In this document: in pieces, positions 13,520 through 26,681 of the stretch | Position numbering within the stretch: position 1 is the stretch's first letter | How the letters are laid out: each line of letters begins with the position of its first letter | Assembly: GCF_009914755.1 (NCBI RefSeq) | Contig: NC_060941.1 | Source: the human T2T-CHM13v2.0 reference genome, Homo sapiens | Strand: one strand, 5' to 3' | Length of the DNA stretch: 64,000 nucleotides | The notes under the pieces: generated by a model | What the model saw: only the letters and a program-made list of their open reading frames with translations | What the model was told of the DNA's origin: nothing | Databases searched by the model: none | Made by a program: the position numbers and the translations under genes

Positions 13520-16500
13520 AGCTCCCACCTCCCTTGAAGCACTGTCATTTGGGGCCTCTGTTCTAGAAGGGGGTGCAGTTGCTGCTTGGTGTGCTGTCCA
13601 TCCCCTCCACAGGATGGCAGCTGCATTTAATCTCCCGTGGCCACCATGGAGGTGCTCTTCTCAGGTCGGCCTTCAAGAGAGAAGCCTCTGCAAGAAGTGC
13701 AGTCAGCTGACAGCCTCCAGCTACTTGAGGGTCCTCCACCATATTCAAATCATCCTGCCCAATCTGGGACCCCACTACTGGCCATCTTTGCTCCAGAGAC
13801 CTCCTGGGGCCTGCTGAGGCTCACCCACCCAGCTCTCCAGTGGCCCCTCTCCTTCACAAGCATTGTGCTTGGTGCTCTCCAGGCTCTCCCTGACTGCTCT
13901 GCCCCTCGCCCCTTTCTCCTTTACAGCTCCTTCTCCTAACACAGTTCTTGCATCTCTAACTCCAACCTGTTGTCTACTTCCCAGGGGAGCTGAACTGACA
14001 CCTTTGCCCCAGGCCATATCCCCAGCACACAGACGAGGGCCTAGCACATAGTAGGCGCTCAGCAGAATTTCCAAGTGAGCACAAAAAACATGGTGGGCAG
14101 TCAATACATATGTGTTGAACTCAGCAAATTGCAAAGCAGCTGGGAAACAGCCATCGCCGGCTCCCCTGAGCATGGTGCTCCCGCAGCCCGTGTCAGCTGC
14201 GGTGCTTTGCCAATGCAAACAGGAGTGAAGAGTTAGACCCAGGCCCACTCCAGCTGCTGGGCCCCTTGCTCAACACAGCCCCTTCCTGCCACCTGCAGGG
14301 TGGGGTCTTCCTGAGCCCGCAGAGGGCACAGAAGGAAATACCTGCTCCCGGCCATGCAGGCCTCCCTGGCATGGGCACCCTGAGAGTCCTGGTCCCGGGA
14401 GTCAGGAATAACAAAGAGGCTGCCAGGGCCGGGCCCCTGGGATGCTGGCTAAGGGCAGAGCATGCCTCCTGGTTTGCTGGGCAGGAGGCTGATTGGACTA
14501 AATGGGCTTTGTTGATGATGACCCTTTGTTCCTCCATGGCGGCTCCGTCTGAGGAGAAGTTTTGGAGGCTGTTCATTCTCCTGCTTCCCCTGCTGCCGCC
14601 CCAGAGGCAAGGAGAGCAGCCTCCCAGTGGCCTGCTGGTTGTAAGAGTCAGGTGTGAGAGGTTGCATCACGTGCTTCTCTGGACTCGTGGTCTGCAAGGA
14701 CGTGTGACAAGTGTGGCTGTAGGTTGATGAGCTGTGTGTGGCCTGGTAACGGGCAGTGGATGAGCCAGGGGGAGCAGCAGGTGGCCCAGCCCCAGCGATG
14801 AACATGGGGGAACTGGGTCCGTTGTAGGCAGGAAGGAGACATCAGCAGCAGCAGCCCCGGGGCATGGTGGGGGGTTGCAGGGGGGCCAGAGACAAGCCAG
14901 AGATGCCTGGATGATCCATTCCGCAGAAATAACAATCTCGAATCCAGGGCTGGGCCTGGCTGTGACTTGGTCTGGCCAGGGGTCGTGAGCAGCAGGTGTG
15001 CTGATTGTAGTTAAGAAGCCATCGGTGTCAGACCAGAGTCCTCGGGCTCTGCACCTGAGTCTGCTGCGAGAGGAAAGTGATAGGGGCTCGGGCATGTCAA
15101 GGAGGTAGGTGGGCACGTGAAGATGGGGCTCCAGGAAGGGGACATGAACACAGCAGTTCTTGGGGCTTTCTCCTTCAGGGGCAGGGGCAGGAGGACCGCC
15201 ACCTGGCTTCACCATGAAGGGCCCAAGAGCATGGCATGGAGGGAGAGGCAGATCTAGAGAGAACACCGGCTGGTCTGCGGAGGGAGGCGGAGGAACGGGT
15301 TGAAGAGGGAAGAATTCCTGACACAAACTCTGAAATGACAAAGGAAAAGAATGACAAATCTGATTACACTAACATGAGCAACTTCCAAAGACCAATCACA
15401 AGAAACAAAACAATCACAAAGTCCCCACCAACATGGCTGAAAGTAAAACAATTAGCTGAGAAGAAATATTTGTCACCTACAGACCATGTCACAGAGGATT
15501 TTATTTTAAAGCACCCTACAAATCACTAAGAAAAAAGCCCCAAAGAAATAGCAATCTGGAAAAGGTTAAAAAGAAATAGCAATCTGGAAAAGGATACAAA
15601 GAGAGAATGTGCAGAAGAAGTGCCAGCAGCTGCAAAACCCACGTTCCACAAAATCCTGGATCAAACAGGCAGGAGACAGCATGACAAGGTGCCACTCTCT
15701 GCCCATCGGGTCGGCACGGATTTAAAAACAAGGACCCGGTATTGCCAAGGATGTGGGGAAAGAGCCCTGTGGGTGAGGGCGTCAGTTGGACAATGGCTGT
15801 CAACTTCTAGAATAATCATGTGTGCTTCCCTTTGATCCAAGAATCCTGCTGGGGGGAATTATTCCTATAGAAATGTTTGCTCAGGTGTGCGAAGACACCT
15901 GCGTAAGACTTTTCATCTCAGCATTGTGTGTGATGCTGATGCCACAGCGTGGTGCCAAGACACCTCCTGGAGAGGACCCAGAAGGCCCGGCCACAGGTGG
16001 GGGTCATGGTGCCATGGTCCCTGCCCAGAGGATGCCTGGCTGGTGCGGGGGCAAGAGGGAGGTGGTCCTGGAGGCAGCGTTGCCTTTATCTACCCACAGG
16101 AGCGCACTGGACAGGGGTCCTGTGAGTGTGGGATCAGGGTCCCCCAGGCCCCATCTGCCCTCTGGTGCCCAGTGGCATCGAGCAGTTGTCTTAGCCACTC
16201 TGACCTCCACATCCTCCTCTGTGAAACGGGGTGCGACAGGACTACCTCTTGAGCTCCTGAGATCCTGGCATGCGTAGTGCTGTGTCAGGCGCAGTTCTAG
16301 GCCCTCTACCTTTACTGGGCCTAGGCAGCCTCCTACCAAAGGAGGATGAGAAGACACAGAGAGGCTGAGCAACTGCCTGAGGTCACACAGCTGCCCAGTG
16401 ACCGCAGAGGACACAGCTGGTGTCCCATCCATCAGTCACCCACCCTCCCCATGCAGGACTCGCCTCTTCACGTCTAAGCCTGGGACGCCCGAGCAGGATC

Positions 16501-16914
16501 CTTGGGCTGCTTCTCCCAGCTGCAACGATGGGCAGGCTCCACCGCTGGAGGCCTGGAGAGTCCCTGCCCCAGGAGAGGGTCTCAGCCAACAGTGGCTATG
16601 GGGGTGGCGGACAACTACTCCAACCCCTTGCTCCTCAGCAGGGCAACCTCTGGGGCCTGCTCCACGCTGTCTCCCAGGGCTCCCCACAGCACAGAGCCTG
16701 GTGCTTCCCTGGTAACTGCCTTGATAACACATACTTTACTGGCTTCTTCCCTTCCCTCCCTCTCGTGCCCTCCCCTGGGGCTTCCTGCATCTCCCAAGCC
16801 AAGCACTTGCTCTGGAATCCTTGTCCCGGAGTCTGACTCTGAGCCCCTGCCTGAGACAGTGGCAAAGCTGGAGTTGGGCCAGAAAGTCGGGCTCCAGAAC
16901 CTACTTTTTAAAAG

Positions 16915-17070
16915 TTTTTTTGTTTGTTTGTTTTTTAAATAAAGAGGCAACAGGGTCTTGGTTCGCTCTGTCATTCAGGCTGGGGTGCAAGGGGCAGGCA
17001 GCCTGGAACTCCTGGGCTCAAGCCATCCTCCTGCCTCAGCCTCTCCAAGCGCTGGGATTGCAGGTGTGAC
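16915..17070 (-). mobile_element. Alu monomer/fragment
   Basis: ctcctgggctcaagc.atcctcc..cctcagcc. Confidence 0.75.
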
Positions 17071-17555
17071 CTACTGCAGAATCTGTTCAGTGGGGCGGCT
17101 GGACTGGTTTTGACCCACTGTACTGGTTTGCAAAACTTCCCACCCGGCAGTCTCTGGACATTTTCCTAGATTGTGACAAGGGGCCGCTGCCAGGGGAGAG
17201 TGAGGGACCCTTTACCCTCTGTGCCCCTCTGTTCCTGGATCAGAGCCCTGACATTTATTGCACCCACCCACCCCAGGGACAAAGTCCTCTGCACAGGGCA
17301 GGCAGCCAGCCCCTCGACCAAGGCCTCAGGAAGGTAAAGAAGCCGGGTGCTCACCCGGGTGAGCACCCATGCTCACCACCTGACTTTGGTCCAGAGCAAG
17401 TGGTCCAGGGCTCCATCCCGCCTAAACTGGCTCCTCCCAGCCCCATCCAGAACCCGGGGTGCAGAGGAGCCCAGTGGCGCCACCTGCTGGGGACCATCAA
17501 GAGGTGCTGGCACCTGGTTCTCTGCTGGATGCCAGGCAGCCACTCTGGAGCATCG

Positions 17556-17850
17556 AGGGCTGTCACCCAGGAGGGCTGTCACCCAGGAGGGCTGTTACTC
17601 AGAAGGGCTCTCAGCTAGGGGGCTGTTACTCAGGAAGGCTGTCATCCTGCAGGGCTTTCACCCAGGGCTGTCAGCCAGGGGGGCTGTTACCCAGGGCTGT
17701 CACACAGGAGGCATGTCACCCAAGAGGGCTGTCTCCCAGGAGGGTTGTCACCCAGCAAGGGCAGTCACCCAGGAGGACTGTTAACCAGGAGGGTTGTCAC
17801 CCAAGGCTATCACCTGTGGCTGTCATCCAGGACGGCTGTCAGCCAGGAGG
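17556..17850. repeat. Degenerate ~17-18-bp GC-rich minisatellite (GGGCTGTCACCCAGGAG)
   Basis: About 16 diverged units, e.g. gggctgtcacccaggag, gggctgttactcagaag, gggttgtcacccagcaag. Confidence 0.85.
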
Positions 17851-17904
17851 AGCGGCTGCCCACCCACAGGTGCTGAGGGGCCTTTAGATAAGGCCTGCTT
17901 CAAG

Positions 17905-18304
17905 CTGCTGGGGTGTCCTGTGGCAGCCATCACACAGTGTCACAAATGGAGTTTAACACAACAGAAGTTTATCCTGTCAGGCCAGAGTCCAGGATCGAGG
18001 GGTTGGCAGGTTCCGCCCCTCCTGGCCCCTTCCCTGGCTTCTGCTGGTGGCCGGAAGCCCTCGGTGTTCCTGGGCTCTGGATGCAACCTCTGCCTCCGTC
18101 TTCACGTGGCCTTCCTTCCTGTGTCTCTGTCCAATATCCCCTGCCTTATAAAGATAACAGTCGCCGGGTTAGGGCCCTCCCTGATCCAGCAAGACCTCAT
18201 CTTCCCTTGATCACATCTGCGAAGACTCTATTTCCAAATCAGGTCACTTTCACAGGTGCTGGGTGGACATGACTCTTAGGGAGGTCACTACTGAACTCAG
18301 CACA
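17905..18304 (-). mobile_element. MaLR LTR (MLT1B/C-type)
   Basis: aacaacagaa.tttat..., tcttcacgtggccttc, gacctcatctt...acatctgc.aagactctatttccaaat.aggtcac.ttcacagg motifs. Confidence 0.75.
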
Positions 18305-19436
18305 GAGGCTCAGCTCAAACAGGGCCCCCTCCACGCAGCCCTGCCCCACCCCTTGCAGCGTCCCCTGTCCTCTGAGCCCAGCAGGGCGCTGTGGGCGGCT
18401 GGATGGGCCTGCACCACACCGCACCGGGCTTGCTGGTTGTGAAGCATTTTCTCTCTACATTTACCTCACAGCACGCAGCTGAGCGGCAACTCCTCGGGGA
18501 GGCTGAGCTGGGTTAGGGGCCCCTTTTCAGTGCCCCACCGCCCTGTACTGTCCCAATCTTAGTGCCGTTCATGCATTTAGTAGGGGTGTGACAGCCCCCA
18601 ACCTGGTGTGGACACTACAGGGGAACTTTGTTCTGTTTTCAAGGCACTGTCATTGATGTGTGGGCCTGGAATACTCAGAGTGGAGTCGGGTTTTACAGGT
18701 TGAAGCCTGGAAAGAACTGTTGGGTTTCTGTGTGTAGCATCTGCTCCATGACATGATATACAAGAAGGAAGAATGGAAGAGGCTGTGATCCCAGCTGCTT
18801 AGAGAAAGGGTTGCGGTTGCAACGGTCAGAATGGCAGCCCAGTGAATCCCGTTGTCCATGGTGTTGAATTCTTGGAGACAGGTGCCTCCCTGCCAGCCAG
18901 CAATGTGAGAAACGATGTTCAAGACTGTTTTGATTCAAGTGTTTTGATTCAAGACAGGGATGGGTGGGACAGGGGGTGGATTTCTGCCCAAAGCACTTCT
19001 ATGTGGGACCAGCAGGGCAAATGGCTGTGGACCAGCACGCAGCCAGCCAAAGGGAAACTGGTGTGTGGAGATGTGCTCCTGAGAGTCAAGTACTTCAAAT
19101 GTGAATCAAATGTGGGAAGTGCCAAGAAACGTTATATCAGGACATCATTCCAAATTTGGAAATAGAGGAAAGGTGGGCAGTGGGGAGATGACCTATTGTT
19201 GAGCCACACTACCCCAGCCAGGAGAGAAGGTCATGGGGAACCCCTCTTCTTTTTGTCACAAGAAAAAAGTGTATGTTCATAGTAGGAGACAATTATGGTG
19301 ATATTGAACAATCATCATTAAAATGATATCACGTATATTTATTGATGACACTTCATAGTCTTCATGTAAGCCATTCTAAATGGCTGCAAAATGTTCATTT
19401 TATGGGGCTGACCATGACATTCTTAAGTTTCCCCTA

Positions 19437-19804
<368 letters not shown>

Positions 19805-19997
19805 TTAAATTTTGCCCACTTTTTGGATTATTTCTTCTGGAAGGATTCCTAGAAGTGGAATTCCTGAGAAAAAGGAAGGCAGGGCCTTTGAGTTCCTTGA
19901 TCAGTGATTTCACACTGTTGGGCCAGGGCCAATTTGGCTTTTAGCTGAATTTGATTTGGCCCATGCAAGCCCATGCCACTTTTTAATGCACATGAAC

Positions 19998-20290
19998 TTT
20001 GTTTTTTTTTTAAGAGATGGATTCTCACTCTGTTGCTCAGGCTGGAGTGCAGTGGCAGGATAACAGCTCAATGCAGCCTGGTCCTCCTATGCTGAAGTGA
20101 TCCTTTCCCCTCAGTCTTCAGAATAGCTGGGATTACAGGCATGCATCACCATGTCCCGCTGATTTTTTTTTGGTAGAGACAAGGTCATGTTATGTTGCCC
20201 TCACTGATCTCAAACTCCTGACCTCAAATGATCTCCAGCTTCATTCTCCCAAAGTGTTGGGATTATAGGCATGAGCAACAATGGTTGGCC
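19998..20290 (-). mobile_element. AluJ-like
   Basis: Diverged antisense Alu. Confidence 0.9.
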
Positions 20291-20350
20291 TGTACCTAAA
20301 TTTTTTCCCCACAAATCAGAATTTCCACAAAATCGTGTGTTCTGTACCTA

Positions 20351-20672
<322 letters not shown>

Positions 20673-20780
20673 GAAAGTTTCCCACCAGAATGAAGATTTA
20701 CAGCTTATCCTGGAAAATCAGAGCTGCCTAATCAATCAGTGTAATCCACTGCATTACAAGAATGAAGGAGAAACATGATC

Positions 20781-21079
20781 TTTTTTTTTTTTTTTTTTTT
20801 TGGATACAGGGTCTCTTTCTGTCACCCAGGCTGGAGTGCAGTGGCGTGATCTCAGCTTGCTGCCACCTCCACCTCCTGAGCTCAAGATCCTCCCAGCTCA
20901 GCCTCCTGAGTAGCTGGGACTACAGGCACACGCCACCATGCCTGGCTAATTTTTGTATTTTTTTGTAGAGACAGGGCCTCACTATGTAGCCCAGGCTGGT
21001 CTCTAACTCCTGGGCTCGAGCTACCTGCCTACCTTGGCCTCCCAAAGTGCTAGGATTACAGGTGTGAGCCACCACACCC
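20781..21079 (-). mobile_element. AluJ-like
   Basis: Antisense dimer with T-tract. Confidence 0.9.
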
Positions 21080-21097
21080 AATTGATAAAGCACATTT

Positions 21098-21699
21098 ATT
21101 AGTTTATAGTTTATACTTTAAAACAAAGATGATAACAGCCCTTTCCCAAAACAAACCTCCTCGCCTGGGGACTAAACTGCCTTTGTAAGACTAACAAATT
21201 AGCCACAAGATTAGAAATTATGGTTTAGGAGTCATGCAGCTGGAGGCTACAAGATTCTGACCCTCCCCAAATTGCTCCTGGTAATTACATCCCTATTAAA
21301 AAGCTTAAGATCAGTGCTTGAGAGATTTTGCCAACTCAGCACTTGATGGATCAACTGGCACCACCCAGACTGATAAACTGGCTCATCTGATTTTGTGGCT
21401 TCTATCCAGGAACTGATTCAGCTCAAGAAGACAGCTTCGACTCCCTGTGATTTCATCTCCAACCCAAGCAATCAGCACTCCCAACTCACTGGCCTCCCCC
21501 ACCACCTACCAAATTATCCTTCCAAACTCTGATCCCCGAATGCTGATGGATCATGCAAATGGAGACTGATTGGAGTAATAACTCTGGTCTCTCCTACAGC
21601 TGGCTCTGCATGAATTACTCTTTCTCTATTGCAATTCCCCTGTCTTGATAAATTGGCTCTGTCTAGGCTGCAGGCAAGATGAACCTGTTTGGCAGTTAC
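21098..21699 (+). mobile_element. LTR8-family ERV1 LTR (5'-truncated)
   Basis: Close match to recalled LTR8: agccacaagattagaaattatggtttaggagtcatgcagctggaggctacaagattctgaccc ... gaattactctttctctattgcaattcccctgtcttgat ... gttac. Confidence 0.85.
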
Positions 21700-23679
21700 G
21701 TCTTTCCTGGGGTGTCCACCACAGAGTGTGGAAGGCAGGTGTGTGGGCCTTTCTGGCAGCTGCCTGTGGTTTGGCCAAGCCCTGCCTCCCCCATGTCCCC
21801 CTGGGCTCCATCCTGTCTCCACTTGCATTTAGGGGTGGCTGCTGCTCTGGGAACATTAGAATCCAGAAGAGAGATGGAGCCACATCAGTTTTTTTCAGGC
21901 ATCTTTCTAAATGTTTGTATCCAAGTTAATCGCCCTTATTCACTGTGGCATTGCCTTTCTAAGCAATTACCTCTGTGCCTGCTGCTAAAGAACTTCTCAC
22001 CCAAGGGGGGCAGCCTGGGCACTACCCTGGGCATTAAGTCTTGTGTTTGATGTGCTCTTGTAATTTTACTTTGTTAGAACCAAATATTTACATGATGGGT
22101 TTGGGAATCTCTCCTTTTAGCTCCCGATCCAATATGAAATTCAGGAAACCAGTTTGTGATAAACTGCATCTGGCCATTAAGGGGGCCCCTGGGTGACCCC
22201 AACAGATTCACACCAGTGTATGAAAATTTGCCTGCATTTCGGAGAAGATAAATGGGCTTTCCCTCTTCAGATGCCTGAAGGGAGCACTTTGAGCTGAGTG
22301 GTACGTGACCTTCCTCTAGCCCCGGGGCCCTCGGTGGACCTGGGCTGCCTGGCAGGCACTGGAACTTCCCTGGATGTTCCCTCCTGCACCAGCACCATTG
22401 CAACATATAGACCCAAGTGTGATTTATTCTGGCTTGGTGTGTATGCTTTTCCTTGTGTCAAACTGCTGTTCTTTTGACAATTCAGGAAACTGTTTTGTTT
22501 ACTATAACTTTGAAAACAAAAATTGTAACAAAAACATTCCCATGACTGTGCTGTAGTTGGAGAATTTATTACAACATATTTACACCTTCCTTTTCCCTCT
22601 CATTTTCAGGAGCTGTTTCAGGACTCCTCTTCCTCCCCTAATAACTTCAGTCTTTCCTATATCATAATAAAGCTACATTTTCTTCTGAAAACTGGCAGGT
22701 TCTCCCTTCCTGACAGAAGCAGCCGAAAGGAGGGTGGCAGGAGGAAGAAGGGCAGCCAGGGGACACCGGCCTGCTTGGGGGCGTCCCTGGTCCGAGTCAG
22801 TGGCCACAGCTGCAGCCTGGCTCTGTGGCCAAAGTCTTGTCTGGGTGTCAGGAAGGCCACGCACTCACATTTCATCTCTTTCCATGACTTGCTCGCTGTT
22901 CGTTGACCCTTGTTCCTTCTTTTTTGAGCAGGAAGGTGTCATCAAGGACTCTGTCCTTGGATGTGCACGAAAGTCACCTGAGGCCCTTGACGTGCAGGAA
23001 TTCTTGCCAGCCTTGGATTGCAAGCCCCAGGCTATGGTACAGCGATGTGCATTTTGTAGCAAGCTCTCTGTGTGATCGGAGAGTCACAAATGGAAAGAAA
23101 TAATATAATCAGTGGAGAGAAGATGTGCACAGCTATTCAAGTGCACAGTTCTGTGACATACCACAAGGTGGGGGTGGACCTGTATGACGTCTTCTCCTAG
23201 CAGCCCCCACATACTTCCCCTGCCCTCAGTGGGCCAGGAGTCTCCTGCTTGGCCTCATCTTTGATTCTGAAGCCTCCGAGATCTGAATACTTGTGCCCCG
23301 TCCTTTTTCAGATGCCTCTGTGGCAAACTTTTGTTATTTGACTTTCTTTGCATGAAAACACCGAGAACACCAGAGAATGCCCCAGGGTTTCAGACTTAGT
23401 CCTGTCTCTTCATATTAAATAGAACCATTATTGTGTTCCCCTGGGGGAAGCTTCACTCTGCCTGGGTCCCAAGACCTTCCAACCAGCAAAGCTCCATTTC
23501 TCCAGGACAGGCGCAGGATAACTTTGTGACTGAGACATTCGGTGCAATACTGAACATCGTCCACTTTCACACCTCCACTCTCAGAACTACACCTTCTGGC
23601 TGTTGGGGAGTCAGCACTGTATACTGGTTTCCAGTAGAAAGCATAACATTTATCTTGTAAGACAAACCATCGCTTCAGC

Positions 23680-24660
23680 ATAACTGAGCGATCGTAAGCT
23701 CAGTTGCTTCCAGGTGGCGGCTGACATAGTGAGAACAGTTAGTTCCCTGGTCAGGGGCTACTGCTGCATGCCCCTCACTGTGAATGGGGTACCTTGGTCA
23801 GAAGCAACGCCGTGTGGTCTGCTGTGATGGCAACAGGCAGGGCTGGCGAGTCTATGTCCAGGTAGGGTCTCCCTGCAGTGAAGGCCGATCTCAGCCTTCT
23901 CCACAGTGTGGGCAGCCTGCCCACAGGTGGCCAACCGGTCCTCGTGGGAAACAGTGCCAGCCCAGGGATCGACACCAAGTCTCTCATCGGCAGATGGGGC
24001 ACTCGGCAGTGGTGTCGGCCTGGTCAGCCTGGTCAGGGCATGAGCATGATGCTGAGACTCTTGTGTCTCATTCCTGTCTGATGGCCATTTTGTCCGTGGG
24101 TCTATCCGGCAGGTATGGTGGCCAGGGAAAGGAGCTGACTCCATCAACCCGGCGTGCCGTTTTCCCCACCTCAGGATCAAAAGCATCCTCTGCAAGGATT
24201 CTCTTTGGTGGGAACATGGGAATGTGGATGAAACTATCTTCACAGTCAGAGCTGCTGAGGCAATGACTGCAGGGCGCCTCTGTCCTCTGGGAAGCCCAGC
24301 TGGAAGGCTCTTGGCAGTGGTGCCTGCTGTGGCTGAGACAGGGGCTAGGCTGTAGGACGAGGCTTCCGGGAGAGGGGTCGTGCGGCAGGCAGGGCCGCGA
24401 AGCCTCCGGGTGCCATGTTGGCATAGTGGACTAGGACACTCGGGGCGCTGTTGGGCCAGGCTCCGGGGTGCAGACTGCCTGCACTGCAACAATGAGGCCG
24501 GGAAGAGGCAGCAGTGTTCACAGCTATTGACCCCCTTGAGCCAGCCCTCCACATCCTCATCACTGCACGGGCTCAGCGTCTCTGGCCTGGCTTGCCCAGG
24601 TTCTCTGATGTGAATCCTTATAGCATCAGGGCTTTCAGTGCCCTGGTCCCCTGCGTGGTC
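23680..24660 (-). pseudogene. Frameshifted terminal coding segment of TBC1D3/USP6NL-like pseudogene
   Basis: Fragments across frames: PWPPYLPDRPT, VSHEDRLATCGQAAHT, RLRSAFTA, SDQGTPFTVRGMQQ*, HYVSRHLEATEL (cf. TBC1D3 end LCGLHLESSQF). Confidence 0.7.
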
Positions 24661-25369
24661 ACCTGGAGGCCTGCAGTGCCCCTCTCCTCCTCGGACTCAG
24701 GTTGAAGCCAGGTCCATCTGGGCTTGGGACTTGGGCCCTGGAGGAGGGGCTCTGACCCACGGGTGGGGTCACGGGCCCCAGGGCATGCTGCTGGTTGGCT
24801 GGGGCTGTGGGAACTCCATGCTCAGCCTTCCCTCCAGAGGCCTTGATGGGACCAAGTCCCCCCATTGAATGGGATTTCTCAAGGCCCACAAGCCAAAAAT
24901 ATAAAATAAAAATAAAATAGCAGTAAAAACTAAGGTCCAGCAGCCATCTGGGGCTGCAAGGCAGCTGGGCGGGTGCTGCCTGGGCTCCTTCCACTCCAAG
25001 TTCTTCTACCAAGGGGAGTCACAGGCGGATGCCACCTTGCTGCTGGGGTGTCTCTTGACCTGCCACTTCTCTGTTATAAGCCCGGGCAGGGCCTGGTGTC
25101 GGGGTCCCAGTGGGCTTGCTGGGCAGGGTCTGTCGTTTTGTTCCAGGGCGGTCCATGGAAGATGTTGAAGTGACAGAGTCCCAGGAGCCATGTTCAAAAG
25201 GGCAGCACAGGAAACATGGACCCCCGACATGCAGGTCTGTGTGGAGCTGTGGCATAGAGTTCCCGGACAAGTGTTTCCATGTAATACAAAGCCTGACCTC
25301 ACCGGGGGACAGGCTGACCTCATCTTGAGCTTCTGGGGCCCTCAAAGAGTGGCTTGCTGCCCTGGGTTC

Positions 25370-25581
25370 TCAGGAAGCCCCCTTGTGCTGCTGGGCCTCA
25401 GCCTCGGCCTTCGGGACAGCCCTGTCAGGCCAGGCTGGGGGAGAACAAGGCTTTTGTCCCAGGGGGACTGATGGCATGAGCTCCTGGAGCTGAGCTGGTG
25501 GGGTGGGGAGGGCCAGTCTGTCCCCCTCACAGAGGGGCCCAATGCCAGGGGTCACCCTCGAGGACTCTCACTGCATCTTGG
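25370..25581 (-). pseudogene. Downstream exon start of TBC1D3-family pseudogene with early in-frame stop
   Basis: Acceptor tttcttttttttcag|CC AAG ATG CAG TGA; joins previous exon as PPR-AK-MQ* (cf. TBC1D3 PPPAKPEQ), followed by LCEGDRLALPTPPAQLQ...WPDRAV. Confidence 0.7.
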
Positions 25582-26531
25582 CTGAAAAAAAGAAACATCT
25601 TCACCGAGCCCATAGGGTCCCTTCAGGGCGGGCCCCACAGACCTGGGCCTCTGGAGTCCTCGGGGTCCCTGTGTGGCCCCCTGGCCTGACACTGAGGATG
25701 CCCGAGAAGCCTTGCAGGCTGCTGATCCCAGGGTGAGGGCTGTGTGCAGCTTGGGGTGGGGGAGCTTTCAGGGAACCTCAGGTCACTCCTAGAATGGCCC
25801 CCTGGGTTCAGGCTGGCTCAGGGCTTCCTGCCTCCTGCCCTCACCTCAGGGCTGTTCGGCAGCCCCAATTCAGGACTCAGGTGGAAGAAACCTTCACTGT
25901 CACCCAGCACCTCGCATGGGGGCCTGTCTCCACAGCAGGTGAGAAGTGAATGGGCATGGGTTCCCCTCTGTCCTCCAGGCCATCCACCCCATGCCAGGGC
26001 TGCGGCAATCCCACACCCTGCTGAACTCTTGCTTCTGGCTCTGGGTCAGGGCTTTCCCCGTCCCCTCTGCCCAAATCCTCTCTGGGTCAGGGACACTGAT
26101 TCTCTTGTCTCCCTGGCTTGTTGTCTTGACACCCTTGGAGGGGCACTCAAGAATGAGGGGTTCCTGCTGCTCTCTGAGGCTACTTGAAGGTGGGGGTGGA
26201 GGCTTCCATAGCTGGGTCTGACTGCCCCAGTGTCCCTCAGGGCCCTTCAAGGAGGAGAGGGGGACAATGTGGAAAGTGGGGGAGGGGTGTTGGGGGTTCC
26301 TGCCCATGACCCCTGCCTGTCCACACAGCATGTCCAGCACACACACACACGCGCTCAGCGCCTGCCCTGAGGAGCGGCAGACCCATTTGACTTTCTTAGA
26401 GTAGAGGAGGAAGAGGAGGAAGAAGAGGTGCAGGAGGAAGGCCAGGTAGGAGGGCTGGTGGGGCCAGGGCACTCCCCACCATTGACTGCCCCAAAGGGTG
26501 ACTCGGAAGGGGACCTTATGCTGGAGCCCAC

Positions 26532-26681
26532 CTCGGGGTGGCAGGCCCCAGTGTTTCCCTGTGAGTTCCTTCATGGAGGTTTGAAGGTTCCTGAGGACGG
26601 TGTTGTCCTCCAGGACCCGTCTCTGAGAGAGTTGCTCCTGAAACTCCCAGACGGTGCTCCAGGAAAGCTTCATGAGGTGCC
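26532..26681 (-). pseudogene. 150-nt exon of the TBC1D3-family pseudogene (end of TBC region)
   Basis: Acceptor ccctag| at 26683-26682 and donor GAG|gtgggc at 26531; open frame HLMKLSWSTVWEFQEQLSQRRVLEDNTVLRNLQTSMKELTGKHWGLPPR; phase-1 ends. Confidence 0.8.

Noticed and set aside
14667-15341. 224-aa Pro-rich minus-strand ORF and NAGNAG acceptor near 15064
   Set aside because: No recognisable domain; starts within an L1 relic; long ORFs are expected at this GC content.
15542-15594. 28-bp tandem duplication in L1 relic (also an 18-bp duplication at 60306-60341)
   Set aside because: Ordinary slippage duplications with no sign of function.
17556-17850. CRISPR-like array
   Set aside because: Eukaryotic context, no unique spacers; it is a degenerate minisatellite.
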